DNA from: Mustelus asterias
Taxonomy: Eukaryota
DNA length: 60,681 nucleotides
NCBI RefSeq assembly: GCF_964213995.1
Contig: NW_027591068.1
Coordinates: forward strand, 62,001-122,681
Direction of reading: 5' to 3'
In this document: positions 11,940 through 23,894 of the stretch, piece after piece
Layout: each line of letters starts with the position of its first letter
How positions within the stretch are numbered: position 1 is the first letter of the stretch
Position numbers and translations under genes: made by a program
Notes under the pieces: generated by a model
The model's input: only the letters and a program-made list of their open reading frames with translations
Told to the model about the DNA's origin: nothing
The model's database searches: none

Positions 11940-12139
11940 AATCTTGTGGATACATTCTCCAGACGCTCTCCTTTGCTGAGGGCTGAAAAAATGTTTCCAA
12001 ACGTACAAGGCAAGATCTCTGCTGATTTTCACAAAGGAAACAAAACGGTCCCTTGAAATATCACGGGAGATGTTTTCTCTGACACCGCATTTCTGTGCCA
12101 CACAGCCAGCAGAGAAGTAGCAGATTCGGGACAAAAATC
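11940..12139 (+). pseudogene. V relic of the V5/V9 family with residual RSS
   Basis: CACAAAGGAAACAAAACGGTCCCTTGAAATATC..TCTGACACCGCATTTCTGTGCC aligns with V5 FR3 (with indels). CACAGCC (12101) + 23 bp + ACAAAAATC (12131). Confidence 0.7.
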
Positions 12140-12934
12140 CCACACTGGGGGTTCCAGACACCGCTCTCATTGCTGAACAAAATCAAAAACTCCGCCTCCA
12201 AAGTCTGAGTCACCGGCAGTCTCAAAACAAAAACAACGTCAGGAATTGTATTAACTCCAGCGTACAGTTATACTGAGAGCGACCTTCATAAATCTATTTC
12301 ATTACTCCAATGTACTTTTTTCCTTTCGATGTGTTTTCCATGACTCTAACATTGAACAACCCTCTCTCCATATCCCCTCCCAGTTTCCTGGAACCTTTGA
12401 CTGCGGCATGTTCACACAGTTTATTTAAACCCAGTGCCCACTGAGCTTCAGAATGTTTTCTGGAGGCTGGTGTGGTTCCTGTCAGCACTAACGATCCAAA
12501 TGTTTCTGATGATTATCTACAGACCAGGATTACATTCCTCGACCACCTCTTCCTCCTCCCCCTGGCTCTGAAAGTGCGGCCATACCCCTATGACGGCACT
12601 GACTGCAGCTGGGCTCAGACGATTTTCTTTCCAAGTCAGCACGAAATTACCACCAACTGGTCTCCCAGAACCAGAGACACACACGGAAGTGGGGCGAGAG
12701 CATCCCCAGGGTAGAGAACAAATTACAAAAGGCAGGGATTAGAACAGGTATCTTCCAATATGACTGTGCTGATTTGTTTGTCGGATTGAAATCGGCAGTT
12801 TGTTTGTGCAGTTGCTCCTGGGAACAGTTTCACGAAAGGTTGGTTTGGTTTCCTTTCGCTGCACATTATGGCGATATCTACCGCGATTTTACACAAACTA
12901 CAACAGACAGGAGTTGCATTCTACAGTGATGGGC

Positions 12935-13435
12935 AGTTTTTGTACAGAGCTGAGCTTGCTTTATATCAATCTGAACCTGAAAGCGCAGTAATACACGGCG
13001 GCGTCATCCAGCTTCAGACCCGAAATGGATAAACTGGTGAATTTATTCTCTGTCTGAAGCTCAGCAGAGAAACATCTTTTGGCAAAATCGGCTTTATCTC
13101 CACCGCCGCCCGAGTTTTTCCGCAATATAAACTCAGGCTGTGAGTCTGGGTGCTGCCGGTACCAGTACAGATAGTAGTAGCTCATTTCATGATCATATTT
13201 ACAATTTAAAGTCACCGCATCTCCTTCTGCCATAACATCTGAGGACGGCGACTAAGTGACAGAATCTCCATGAATCAGATCTGGAAAACAAATATGAAAA
13301 GGTCCAACCGACCACTGTTGGAAATTCAGATTTACACCATGTTTCAAAAATGGAAACAAAAAGTTGAAATGTGCTTGGTGCACATTTACCTGTCAGAAAT
13401 ATTGCCCACACAACCCAGATACTGAGCAGCCGCAT
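12935..13435 (-). pseudogene. TRAV/TRDV: V pseudogene V4 (inverted)
   Basis: Leader 13435-13390 (MRLLSIWVVWAIFLT). V exon 13280-12974 has an in-frame TAG at 13254-13252 (GDSVT*). RSS heptamer mutated: CAGATTG + 23 bp + ACAAAAACT. Confidence 0.9.
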
Positions 13436-13896
13436 TGTTTCTGTCCGCGCTGTAAAAGGCGAGTCAGGGATTTTGAGACACCCGTTCTAAACCCCGCCCT
13501 CAGTAATCTGCTGTGAGTCTCAGGGTGTTCTCACTTCACTTCCTGGTGTTCCCAGTGACGTTGTGAATAGGCAGGCTCGCTGGTTGCCAGGAGCTGGTTC
13601 CCAGTGATTGGAAACACTCAGAGCCGGGTAACAGCCAGAGCTTTATGGGGGGGAATATTTCCATTTTACACAGCAGATGGTGACAGTTAAACCCGATTCC
13701 GATTATTGTGACTCAGGCTTGCTCCAGGATTTGGTTCATTCAGGATCAATCCGTTTATTTAATTCTTGCCATCAGGGGCGTGGCTCAGCCGTGACTGCGA
13801 GACTTATCTCATGAAACACTGAGGCAGTTATTGAACAATTATTGTATTGTATGTCGGAGTGGCTGACTGACTCGCCAGGCTGTCTTGTGGTACATT

Positions 13897-14233
13897 CAGT
13901 AAGAAGTTTAACAACACCAGGTTAAAGTCCAACAGGTTTATTTGGTAGCAAAAGCCACACAAGCTTTCGAGGCTCTGAGCCCCTTCTTCAGGTGAGTGGG
14001 AATTCTGTTCACAAACAGAACTTATAAAGACACAGACTCAATTTACATGAATAATGGTTGGAATGCGAATACTTACAACGAATCCAGTCTTTAAGAAACA
14101 AAACAATGGGAGTGGAGAGAGCATCAAGACAGGCTAAAAAGATGTGTATTGTCTCCAGACAAGACAGCCAGTGAAACTCTGCAGGTCCACGCAACTGTGG
14201 GAGTTACAAATAGTGTGACATAAATTCTGATTC
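13897..14233 (-). mobile_element. Solo Penelope pLTR with 11-bp TSD
   Basis: Homologous to 7563-7835. TGTGGTACATT at 13886-13896 and 14234-14244. Confidence 0.88.
13954..14000 (-). ncRNA. Minimal hammerhead ribozyme motif
   Basis: CAC-CTGAAGA-A-GGGGCTC a GAGCCTC-GAAA-GCTT-GTG. Confidence 0.7.
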
Positions 14234-15678
14234 TGTGGTACATTGGCAGCGTCCCTGTCTTTCGAAGAGAAACTCCCAATTCAAGAGCAAAGTGAGGACC
14301 CGTTGGTGAAGGAACCAGCGGTTATGCTGCCGTTCCACGGTCTGATAATCAGTTATGGAATCCTTCGCACCATAGTTCAAAGGAAAGAACGTGTATTTGT
14401 GGCGAGGTGCTTCAAAAGTATTCCTGTCGCATTAGAGCAACGATACCAGCTGTCACTGTACATTCAGCTGAACAATCTTGAAGTATGAACACTTCCACTA
14501 ATGTCCGCAGGATTCATCTCAATGACACCTCTGTTTAAAATTAGCATCTACAGTGGGGTTAGTTATCGTTTTTACAATGAGCCATGATCTTCAGAGATTG
14601 GATTTTTTTCGAAGAGAGAATAATGTCAGCGCTTCCAGTAACTCGACACTCAGGTATTCAAAGCACGGGAGCAAAGTTCAGACAGCAGGTTGACGGTCCC
14701 CAGGGGATATGCAAAGCTAGTTCTCATTAACTACAATTAAATACCAGCCGGCTAGGAAACCCTTTCATTGTCACTTCCACCCATAAAAGAAATGAACAGA
14801 GCGCTGAGATGGTTACAGTGCAATAATTCAGAAAGCTGCTCTCAAAGTGGGCCGACGTTCTTCTGATGATTATTGACCTCTTTACCTTCTCCAAAATATT
14901 GAGGCAAATTGGGTTCAAGCATTCACCTTGGGATCCCAATGCAATTGAACGCAGTTGAACGTATACATGAGAGATAATCCCACCGTTACTTTAATTGCTG
15001 GCGTTTCGCTTTATTCAATTCATACTGGTTATAAAAGCTCATTCTAAACAATATGAAGCCATCAAGATTCCGATAAGATGCCTTCTTTAAAATAATAACA
15101 CAAGATGTAAATATGACTCTGGATTCACATTCACACTCTATATTCTTTAGTATTTACATTTAAATCTTTCCATCATAATGTTACCCCTTAAGTGCTGGTT
15201 ATTAACTTTGTCTACATTTGGTGCTCGAATAGAATGAGTAATTTAGTGGGCTCATTGAAATGGGAGAGTGGGAGAAATCGGATTGTCTGAACTCTGAACT
15301 CTAGGGAGAAGGGCAGAAAGATAAGAATGTAGAGCCAGTGCGAAGACAGAGACGGTCAGAAGCAGAGCAATGGGGGCGAGACAAACAGAGGCGGAATAAC
15401 AGAGCGAGATAGACAGGCCACAGACGGAGAGAGAGCCGGAGAATCTGAGAAAGACAGGGAGAAAGAGAAACTCAGAACTTATTAGTCGAGCGAACGCTGA
15501 TTGATGCCCGACGATCATCAATCCTGAGAAAGCGGCCAATCCTGTCGCTGGGAAACGCCCCATAATTTCTGAGTAAATTACGTTTCCGCTGATATGAATT
15601 TCCGCTTGAATATTAGAACAGAAATGTCAACACATTTCAAGTACTGCTTCATTTCTGCCGAACCCGAAACCAGACACC

Positions 15679-16222
15679 ATGTGCTCCTTACTTTGTTTGC
15701 TGATAATAATGGTCTTGCTGCCCGGTGAGTCAATAAACTCTGAAAAAGTGTCATCCTGACTTGAAACATTATCTCTGTTCGCCTCTCACAGATGTTGTCA
15801 GATCTACTGAAAATTTCGAGCATTTTCTTTTTTTGAGTCAATGTTTAAATGATCAGTGTCTGTCCCATGGGCTCTCTATCCCTCCCAGATATTGATTACC
15901 TTCTGTGTTTTGTTACAGGGGCAAAGGCTGAATATTCAGTGTTTCAAGATCGATCTGAATTATCGGTTCTGGAAGGACAGAACATAACACTGGACTGTAA
16001 ATACTCGACAGCTGCTTCTGAAACTATGTTCTGGTACATCCAGTATCCCGGGCAAGCTCTGAGATATTTGATGAAGATATATAGCTCGGGCAATACCGAT
16101 AAGTCTCCGGATTTCTCAGATAGATTCTCGGCTGCTTTACACAAAGGAAACAATACTGTTCCTTTAAATATCGCCAGAGCTGTTCTGTCCGACAGCGCCG
16201 TGTATTTCTGTGCCATGGAGCC
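15679..16222 (+). CDS. TRAV/TRDV: TCR alpha/delta V segment V5, apparently functional
   Basis: Leader 15679-15724 (MCSLLCLLIIMVLLP). V exon 15919-16222: ..ITLDCKY..FWYIQ..SDSAVYFCAMEP. Confidence 0.92.
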
Positions 16223-16260
16223 CACACTGGTACAGATGTTGCGAACCCCGCACAAAAACC
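16223..16260 (+). other. 22-bp-spacer RSS of V5
   Basis: CACACTG + 22 bp + ACAAAAACC. Confidence 0.9.
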
Positions 16261-16285
16261 CCAGACTGGGAGTTCCGGTTAGTGA

Positions 16286-16300
16286 TCAGCAGAGGGCGCT
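16286..16300 (+). promoter_or_regulatory. CTCF-like motif 25 bp downstream of the RSS
   Basis: TCAGCAGAGGGCGCT versus consensus CCASYAGRKGGCRS; also at 31079-31093. Confidence 0.6.
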
Positions 16301-17759
16301 CCCACACTGATAAACAGAAATAATTATTTTGTCTCGACAGTGATAGTCACAGGGTCATAAACAAAATATCAAAACAAAACAACACGAACGGCTGAGCCAC
16401 AGTTGAATTTTTAACTTGCAACTATACTAAAAATACATTTACAGTTCCTTAACTCACGCTTCAACCTTTGATGACATTTTCTTGCCTGTGTGAATTATTG
16501 TGCAGCAGTTTCCCCATCTTCACTCTCCTTTTCAAGGTCTCTTTGATCAAAGGGTCTATTTGATCAGAGTATTTTGCTGCCTAAAGGACAGCTTGTATTG
16601 GCATATACATTTCGCAAGATTGTCATTGTGCTATTTAAAACAATCACTGAGAACAAGTTGCCATCAATGTTCATTCTCATTTTGAATGTCTGTCAAATGT
16701 TTTCTGACACAATTCGCAACCCAGTGTTTCTCTGTTACAATAATCAGACCAGCGACTTCATTCCCACCCCTGGCCCTAACAATATAGTGATTTTCCTCAC
16801 AAGCACACTGAGAACCTCTCCAATCCAGCTACTCAGCTATTCGGTCCCACTTTCCATCTCCATCACTGATGAAGATTCCGCTTTGTATTGGATCATTTAC
16901 TAACCCTGACCTTCCTGGTGCGAGACTGCTGGTCCGCGCTATGGAATGAACATTCAGCTGCCGCTCCTACAGACAGGCAAATTTATATGATTTCCAATGC
17001 GATAGTGTTATTGAGTTCAATTCCTTGCAGATAAATTCTACCTCTCACCACACTGCCTATGGCAGCCACACCCACAGCTTTCCTGTGTTGTTCTCACTCT
17101 GACCTGCCTCATCTGTGTTGTTTTATTAGAGATTTTATTGTAGATATTGAGCTTTGCTGCTTTTCCCTGTTTGGCACCGATTGGATCAGCAGTCCAATGG
17201 GGTGGCAAGCTATACTTTCTCTCTGAAAGAGGATTTCACACGCGGCAAAGTTACAAATTGAGGGAAGATCGGATGGAAATATCACAGACTATTCATTATT
17301 CTATCACTTGTAAAGTACAAGTTTCAACTAAAAATTCATCCTCCCCCGCACCGTAGCTGCTATCCCAAACATGATTGATAACAAACTGCTTGACATGTTA
17401 CTGTAGGGATGAACATTGTCATTCTCCATGTCAGAACAGACCCATCAACACTCAGGGGACCGGTCGGTTCATGAAATAACTGTTGAAGAGGAAAATAATC
17501 CCCTGTCGTGGGATGGCCAACTTCACTTTGTTCCTTCCGTCTCTCCGCCTATGGGGTGAATTGGAGATAAAGGAGCTGTGAGACCATTGGTTGAACTGCA
17601 GAACAAAGGAGCTTGAATCCGATTGGATGTCATCTGATGTTTTCAGCAGTGAACCAATCCACAGGGACCCGGGTGTGACTCCGCCTCTTTCAACTCTTGA
17701 CTGAAACAATGACATCTCCCACCCGCTCTGGTCAGATCCGCCCCGAGCTCTCTGCAAAC

Positions 17760-17811
17760 ATGTCTCCTGTTACTCGGTATTTATTCCTCACAGCGGCAGC
17801 TCTGTTAACCG
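17760..17811 (+). pseudogene. Intact orphan leader exon (V exon deleted)
   Basis: MSPVTRYLFLTAAALLT g|GTAATT, paralog of 19889-19940. Intron homology stops at ~18105 and resumes at ~18290 with sequence that lies 3' of V6. Confidence 0.8.
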
Positions 17812-18924
17812 GTAATTTCACAAGTTGCTCAAGTCTGTGTTACACATCATTACCACACACTATATTCTGTCAGGCAGTTCCTTCAATGCGAGGGGAAGGG
17901 GGTCGGTGATGAGGGAACGGATTGATCACAACATCGAAAAGTTATCTGGATTTCGCTGGTCTCATCACTGAACACTGTTGGGATTGGGCACATTTCCCCC
18001 AGGGATTGATAGAGAATGAGTTGGGCTCAGATTCCAGCTCCTCTGATACCAGTGAATCACTTTGGCAAACATCACACTTCAAACAGACAGACCGTGAGCA
18101 GTTTTTTTGGTCAAACTGAAACACAGGCTAGTACAATATAGCAACAGGGCTGACTAACCCTTCAAACACCCAGAGCACGTGTAGACAAAATATTAGACAA
18201 AATATAAAACTCCCTCCACATTGTCACACTAAAAACTTCCAGGGCAGGTACAGCACCGGTTAAGTAGAGAGTGAAACTCGTGAGCACAGATATTCCCTAT
18301 AACTCCAGCTGTCACCTGTGACAAGTTGAACTCAAGGTTCTGCAAGTTTTAGCGAAAGATGAGGTCTTGGTGCGGCGTCTGTGAAACAGCGACTCTCAAT
18401 GTTGTTAACATTGCTGCATGATATTGCAGGATTTTTGTGCAGCAGTTTATTGTGTGTTTTATTTCTTTGATGATACTACTGCATCTGATGCCTTTGTCAT
18501 TATTTTGATGTTGTTACATTTGACGTTTAGTATTGATATCAGTGCATTTGTCCCCGTTTCCGGACGCGTCTGCGCCATTAGAACAGGACCTGTTCTGTTG
18601 ATTAGATGGATGAATTTCCCTGTAATAAACTCATAAATCCAGAACTGACCAGTCTGGATTGTTCACTTCGAAAGAACGGAAGTCTTGGACGGTCGCTAAT
18701 AATCAAACACGTATACCAACGAAATTTAAATAAGCCAATGTATCAAGGAGTGTTTTTTATGTTTCTACTGAAGGTTAGTCTGCAAGTTTCATTGTGATAA
18801 ATAATAAAATATGTTTTAATTCCATTATGTTAATCGCAAGCAGAACGTTTTATATCGATATTGCTTGAATCATGCTCACATCTGAGGCATTTTGGTATTG
18901 TGTCCACAGTCCCCATGTCGAGTG

Positions 18925-19128
18925 TGTTTTTGTATAGGTTTCTGATCTCTGATTCACCGTGCCTCATTGCACTGTAATACACCGCAGAGTCTGACAGCTC
19001 AACCGAGTGAACAGTGAGAGTAGTGGAGCCTTTCTCACGGTCCACAGATACTTTAAACCTTCCCCCAGCTGTTTCATCTCTGAATGTGGATACGACATAC
19101 TCGGGAGCTTGATCGGTGGGTTGCCAGC
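18925..19128 (-). pseudogene. 5'-truncated paralog of the Cys-less V
   Basis: QPTDQAPEYVVSTFRD..SDSAVYYSAMR. RSS CACGGTG + 21 bp + ACAAAAACA. FR1/CDR1 lost next to a Penelope insertion. Confidence 0.85.
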
Positions 19129-19209
19129 AGTGCCGGATTCAGGCATAAGCTAAACTAAACAAGCTGAACAAGCTAAACAAGCTATAGCATAGGGCCTCAC
19201 AGTCTGGTA

Positions 19210-19609
19210 CAGAGACACAAAATCAAGTTACAGAATACTGATTAGAATGCGAATCCCTACAGCCAGCCAAGTCTTAAAGATTCAGACAATGTGGGTGGAG
19301 GGATTTGTCTGCTAATTTTTTTTTAGTGCTAATTACCCATCCTGGGGGCTCTGCCTATTTCTGCATCTGCATTGTCTGCATCTTTAAGACCTGGCTGGCT
19401 GTAGGGATTCGCATTCTAATCAGTATTCTGTAACTTGATTTTGTGTCTCTGTGCCCTGTTTGAGAGCACATTTCCACTCCATCTGACGAAGGGGCAGCGC
19501 TCCGAAAGCTTGTGGTGTTTGCTACCAAATAAACCTGTTGGACTTTAACCTGGTGTTGTGAGACTTCTTACTGTGTTCACCCCAGTCCAACGCCGGCATC
19601 TCCACATCA
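19210..19609 (+). mobile_element. Penelope pLTR with partial inverted copy
   Basis: 19211-19290 is the reverse complement of 19370-19450; ends CCAACGCCGGCATCTCCACATCA. Confidence 0.85.
19474..19515 (+). ncRNA. Minimal hammerhead ribozyme motif (intact core)
   Basis: CCAT-CTGACGA-A-GGGGC agc GCTCC-GAAA-GCTT-GTGG. Confidence 0.72.
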
Positions 19610-19888
19610 GATTCTGTTCAATCAGGTTTGGAATGGGGTCATTGAGAACATTTTGGGGCTTGTTGATTTACATACCTCACCAAATATCTTCTTCCGAGAA
19701 TTCTGAGTTGGAATTGGTGAGACTGAATTTTATTATTTGAAGCCAATTGGATGTCATATGATGAGGTCGGCAGCAATGAACCAATCAATAGGGGCCCGGA
19801 TATGACTCAACTTCTTTCCAACTCTTGACGAAAACAATTCCAGCTTTCAACCCTTTCTGGTCACATCCACTGCGAGCTCTCTGCAAAC

Positions 19889-20782
19889 ATGTTTCCTGTT
19901 ACCCTATATTTATTCCTCGCAGCAGCAGCTCTTTTAACTGGTAAGTTCACAAGTTGCTCAACACTGTGTTTCACATGTTTCCCTCACACTATATTCTGTC
20001 GGGCAGTTCGTTCAGTGGAAGGGGGTGAGGGGAGACGATCGAAGGATTGGCTTGATCCCAACTTCGAATAGGATCTCGCTGATTTCAACACTGAACACTG
20101 TTTGATGGCAGTCGACACATTTCCCCTCAGGGAATGAGAGAGGACGAGTTAGGCCGAGATTCAAACTTCTCTGATAACAAAAAATGATTTGACAATCATT
20201 AGACTTTCAAACACACAGACACAGAGCAATTTCCCGTTCCAGTCACAGGGAATGAAGGCGAGGAACTAATCTCGTTAGAAAGTACAGGATGTTTATGCTG
20301 GAAGTTTTATTTCATCACCGCCAGCACCTTCCCGTTCCAGCCACTGAACTGTGAAAAATATGCTTCTGTTCAGCCGTCTGATTTCTCTCTGAGGTTATGT
20401 TCAGGATGACGAGCAAGTCCTGGGGGAAACAGAGTGCAGGCGCATTGTGTAATTTAATATTCCTTTGTGTTTTTACAGGGCATTGTCGAGGAGATTCTGT
20501 TTCACAGACACCTGCAGTCTCCGTCACTGAAGGAGTCAATGTAAGGTTGTTCTGTAATTATTCAACTACAAGTGCGAACACTCTATACTTGTTCTGGTAC
20601 CGTCAGTATCCCAGCGGATCCATGGAGTTCCTGCTGCAGGCAAACAAATACGGCGGAAACACAGGGGGATCCTCAGGGGACCGTTTTTCAGCGGAACTCA
20701 ATGATACAACCCGCACCGTCCCGCTGAAAGTGTCTAAAACAGAGCTGGCAGACTCCGGGGTGTATTACTGCGCTCTGAGACC
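19889..20782 (+). CDS. TRAV/TRDV: TCR alpha/delta V segment V6, apparently functional
   Basis: Leader 19889-19940 (MFPVTLYLFLAAAALLT g|GTAAGT). V exon 20479-20782: GDSVSQ..LFCNY..FWYRQ..DSGVYYCALRP. Confidence 0.92.
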
Positions 20783-20821
20783 CACAGAGACACAGAGCTG
20801 GGCTGAACCTGTACAAAAACT
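20783..20821 (+). other. 23-RSS of V6
   Basis: CACAGAG + 23 bp + ACAAAAACT. Confidence 0.9.
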
Positions 20822-22073
20822 GCCAGAGCCTCACTCAACATAACAGAGCGTTAGGCAAACATTGTGATCAGACTGAGTCTGAAATGAAACCTGAAATCCT
20901 GGTGATTTCTCAAACTATTAATTCCAAGATATGTTTTCTTATTAAAAATGTATTACCAAAACAAAGCAACGGGGTAGTTTACAGAATTAACATGAGAATA
21001 TTTGTACAGTTTGATGACCCAAACTGTTTCCCCATCTGTGCAGAAAACACCAGCAGACAATTTTGACTCAGCATGTCATGGCGTTCAGTAATATTGTAGG
21101 TACCATGTGCCAGGTACCATGCCCTGAGGCGGCGCTGGTAGACCAGAGATTTCCATTTGATTGCTCCATGAATATGCCTGGCAAAGTCCTGCAGTGGTTT
21201 CCATCACCTCCTGCAGTAAGGCTGGCCAGGGAACTCTCCTGTTCTTATCACTTGTCATTCGGCTTATTGGAAGAATTTACAAGCAGATCATCAACCTGTG
21301 TGACCGGATAATGTCTGTAGCCATAATGCCCTGAAGTGGGGATAGATCCCAGAGTTTCCGGTTCAGAACTTCCGTAATTCACACATCGGCTCTTGCGCTG
21401 CAGTTTGTGGTGGTGTCAAGACGCACAAATGTTTCCTGTAACTCCAGCTGTCACCTGTGACAGGGGGGACTGACGGTTCTGCAAGTTTTAGCGAAAGATG
21501 AGGTCTTGGGACGTCATCTGTGAAACAGCGATTCTCAATTGTGTTTATGTTGCTGCATCATATTGCAGGATTTTTATTGTTGCAGTTTATTATGTGTTTT
21601 ATTACTTTGATGTTATTGCTATTACATCTGCTGCCTTTATCATTTTGATTTTGCTACATTTGCTGTTTAGTGTTGATACAAATCATTTATCTCAGTTTTC
21701 TGACGCGCCTGCGCCATTAGCACAGCGCCTGTCCAGCTGTGTAGATGGATGAATTTTGCTTTAATAAACTCATAAATCCACAACTGATATGTTTGAATCG
21801 TTCATTTCGAACGAACGGACGTTTTGAAAGCTCGCTCATAATAAAACAATTGTGATAACCAAATTTCAATCAGCCAATGTATCAAAGAATGATTTACATG
21901 TTTCTTTTGAGTGTTAATCTGGAAGTTCAATGATTAGAAATAATAACATGCATTTTCAATTCCACCATATTACTCGGATCAAGAACATTTTCTGTCGATT
22001 TTACTTGCATCACACTCATTTCTAAAGTCTATGTGCTGTTGTGTCCTCTGTCCCCATGTCGAGTGAGTTATTG

Positions 22074-22330
22074 CTCCTTCCACTCATATTGCCTGTACCT
22101 TTAAGGCTTGATTAGCTGTAAAGACTCACATTCCAATCATTATTCATGTAAATTGAGTTTGTGTCTTTGTGCCCTGTTTGTGATCAGAACTCCCACCCAC
22201 CTGACGAAGGAACAGCCTGTTCCGAAAGCCAGTGGCTTTTGCTACCAAATAAACCTGTTGGACTTTAACTTGGTGTTGTAAGACTTCTTACTTTGTTTAC
22301 CCCAGTCCAACGCCGGCATCTCCACATCAT
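22074..22330 (+). mobile_element. Solo Penelope pLTR inserted at the V7 RSS nonamer, 13-bp TSD
   Basis: GAGTGAGTTATTG at 22061-22073 and 22331-22343. Hammerhead-like CTGACGA..GAAAGCCA at ~22195-22235 has a mutated cleavage-site U. Confidence 0.88.
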
Positions 22331-22335
22331 GAGTG

Positions 22336-22374
22336 AGTTATTGTACAGGCTCCTGATCTCTCTGTTTCACCGTG
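22336..22374 (-). other. 23-RSS of V7
   Basis: CACGGTG + 23 bp + ACAATAACT. Confidence 0.85.
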
Positions 22375-22655
22375 CCTCACGGCACTGTAATACACCGCAG
22401 CGTCTGACAACTCAACCGTGTTAACAGTGAGAGCAGTGGAGCCTTTCACACCGTCCACAGATACTGTAAACCTTCCCTCAACTTTTACATCTCTGAATGT
22501 GGATACGAGATACTCGGGAGGTTGATCGGTGAATTGCCGGTACCAGAACACAAAGTCATTTGCAGTGACAGTAACATTGTGGTGAAGGGAGACGGTCTGT
22601 CCCAGTTTTACCCGATTCACCGACATCTGAAATGTTTCCGAGTGACAAGGAACAT
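22375..22655 (-). CDS. Atypical TCR V exon V7: open frame, both canonical Cys absent, leader not found (ORF or pseudogene)
   Basis: Acceptor ttttgacAG, then DVPCHSETFQ..TVSLHHNV..FWYRQ..SDAAVYYSAVR. No stops; RSS intact. Confidence 0.7.
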
Positions 22656-22778
22656 CTGTCAAAATAAGAATACAATTAACATGAAGATACATACGGGGAT
22701 AAATAAAGTGCTTGCGTACATAGACGGAATTAACTAATCTATGCGTCTATCTATCCAAAGAACAAATCTACTTATTAT

Positions 22779-23300
22779 AGCTCGGGGGGGGAACAGCTCG
22801 GGGAGGGGGACAGCTCGGGGGGGGGGAACAGCTCGGGGGGGGAACAGCTCGGAGGGGGGGAACAGCTCGGGGGGGGGGGAACAGCTCGGGGAGGGGGACA
22901 GCTCGGGGGGGGAACAGCTCTGGGGGGGAACAGCTCGGGCGGGGGGACAGCTCGGAGGGGGGGAACAGCTCGGGGAGGGGGACAGCTCGGGGGGGGAACA
23001 TCTCTGGGGGGGAACAGCTCGGGGGGGGGGACAGCTCGGGGGGGGAACATCTCTGGGGGGGAACAGCTCGGGGGGGGGGACAGCTCGGGGGGGGGGAACA
23101 GCTCGGGGAGGGGGACAGCTCGGAGGGGGGGAACAGCTCGGGGGGGGGAACAGCTCGGAGGGGGGAACAGCTCGGAGGGGGGGGAACAGCTCGGAGGGGG
23201 GGGAACAGCTCGGAGGGGGGACAGCTCGGGGGGGAACAGCTCGGGGGGGGGGGAACAGCTCGGGGGGGGGGGAAACAGCTCGGGGGGGAACAGCTCGGGG
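22779..23300 (+). repeat. G-rich minisatellite (ACAGCTC G-run)n
   Basis: About 30 units of 16-19 bp; source of the spurious Gly/Pro-rich ORFs. Confidence 0.95.
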
Positions 23301-23894
23301 CTATCGATAGCCTGGTTCAGGACGTTTATTCTTAGATAGTTATTGACTAGAGCAACTCCACTGCTCTTCTTCAAAATAATGTCATTGTGCACTTTCACCT
23401 CCACCTGAGAAGGCAGTCGATGCCTTCGCTTCAACATCACTTTCGGCACCTTTGACAATTCACCATCCCCGGCAGAGTTCACTGCCGCATCTGAATGGAT
23501 CCTGGAACTGGCATCTCCTCAAATCTTCTGCTTCATAGGCGATAGAGCTAACAACTGAACATAGCTGGGCAAGCGGTGTGTGTAGATTCGCGTGTGTACT
23601 GTCACTTCTGAGATACTGACACCGTTTTGACAATGAATATATAGTTTATATTTACACATGCCGGGTTGATGCAACGGTTAATCGAGGTGATCAGCCTGAT
23701 AACTGAGAGATAGATAGGAAGCAGCCTCTCGGTGCCTCAGTCACTTTCCATCAGGGTCACCCAAGTACCTTCTCGGGTAGTTTTTCCTGAAAGAATCCGT
23801 GTGTCTTGTGGGGAGGAAAGAATCTCAGAATAGACTGAAGACTGAACCCTGGAATTCCCAGGAGGCAGTGACTACCCATAAACCCAATCATGGA

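Larger units (their letters stand above)
14936..16811 (+). repeat. Segmental duplication (~1.9 kb), copy 1; copy 2 at 29731-31613
   Basis: Highly similar sequence covering promoter, leader, V exon, RSS and 3' flank. Confidence 0.92.

Noticed and set aside
16840-16895. SVPLSISITDEDSALYW, similar to V FR3
   Set aside because: Too short, with no RSS or upstream V homology to support a call.
20791-20797. Second CACAGAG inside the V6 spacer as a 12-RSS
   Set aside because: It lies 15 bp from the nonamer, not 12.
22741-23482. Long Gly/Pro-rich ORFs
   Set aside because: Translations of the G-rich minisatellite; open in several frames.
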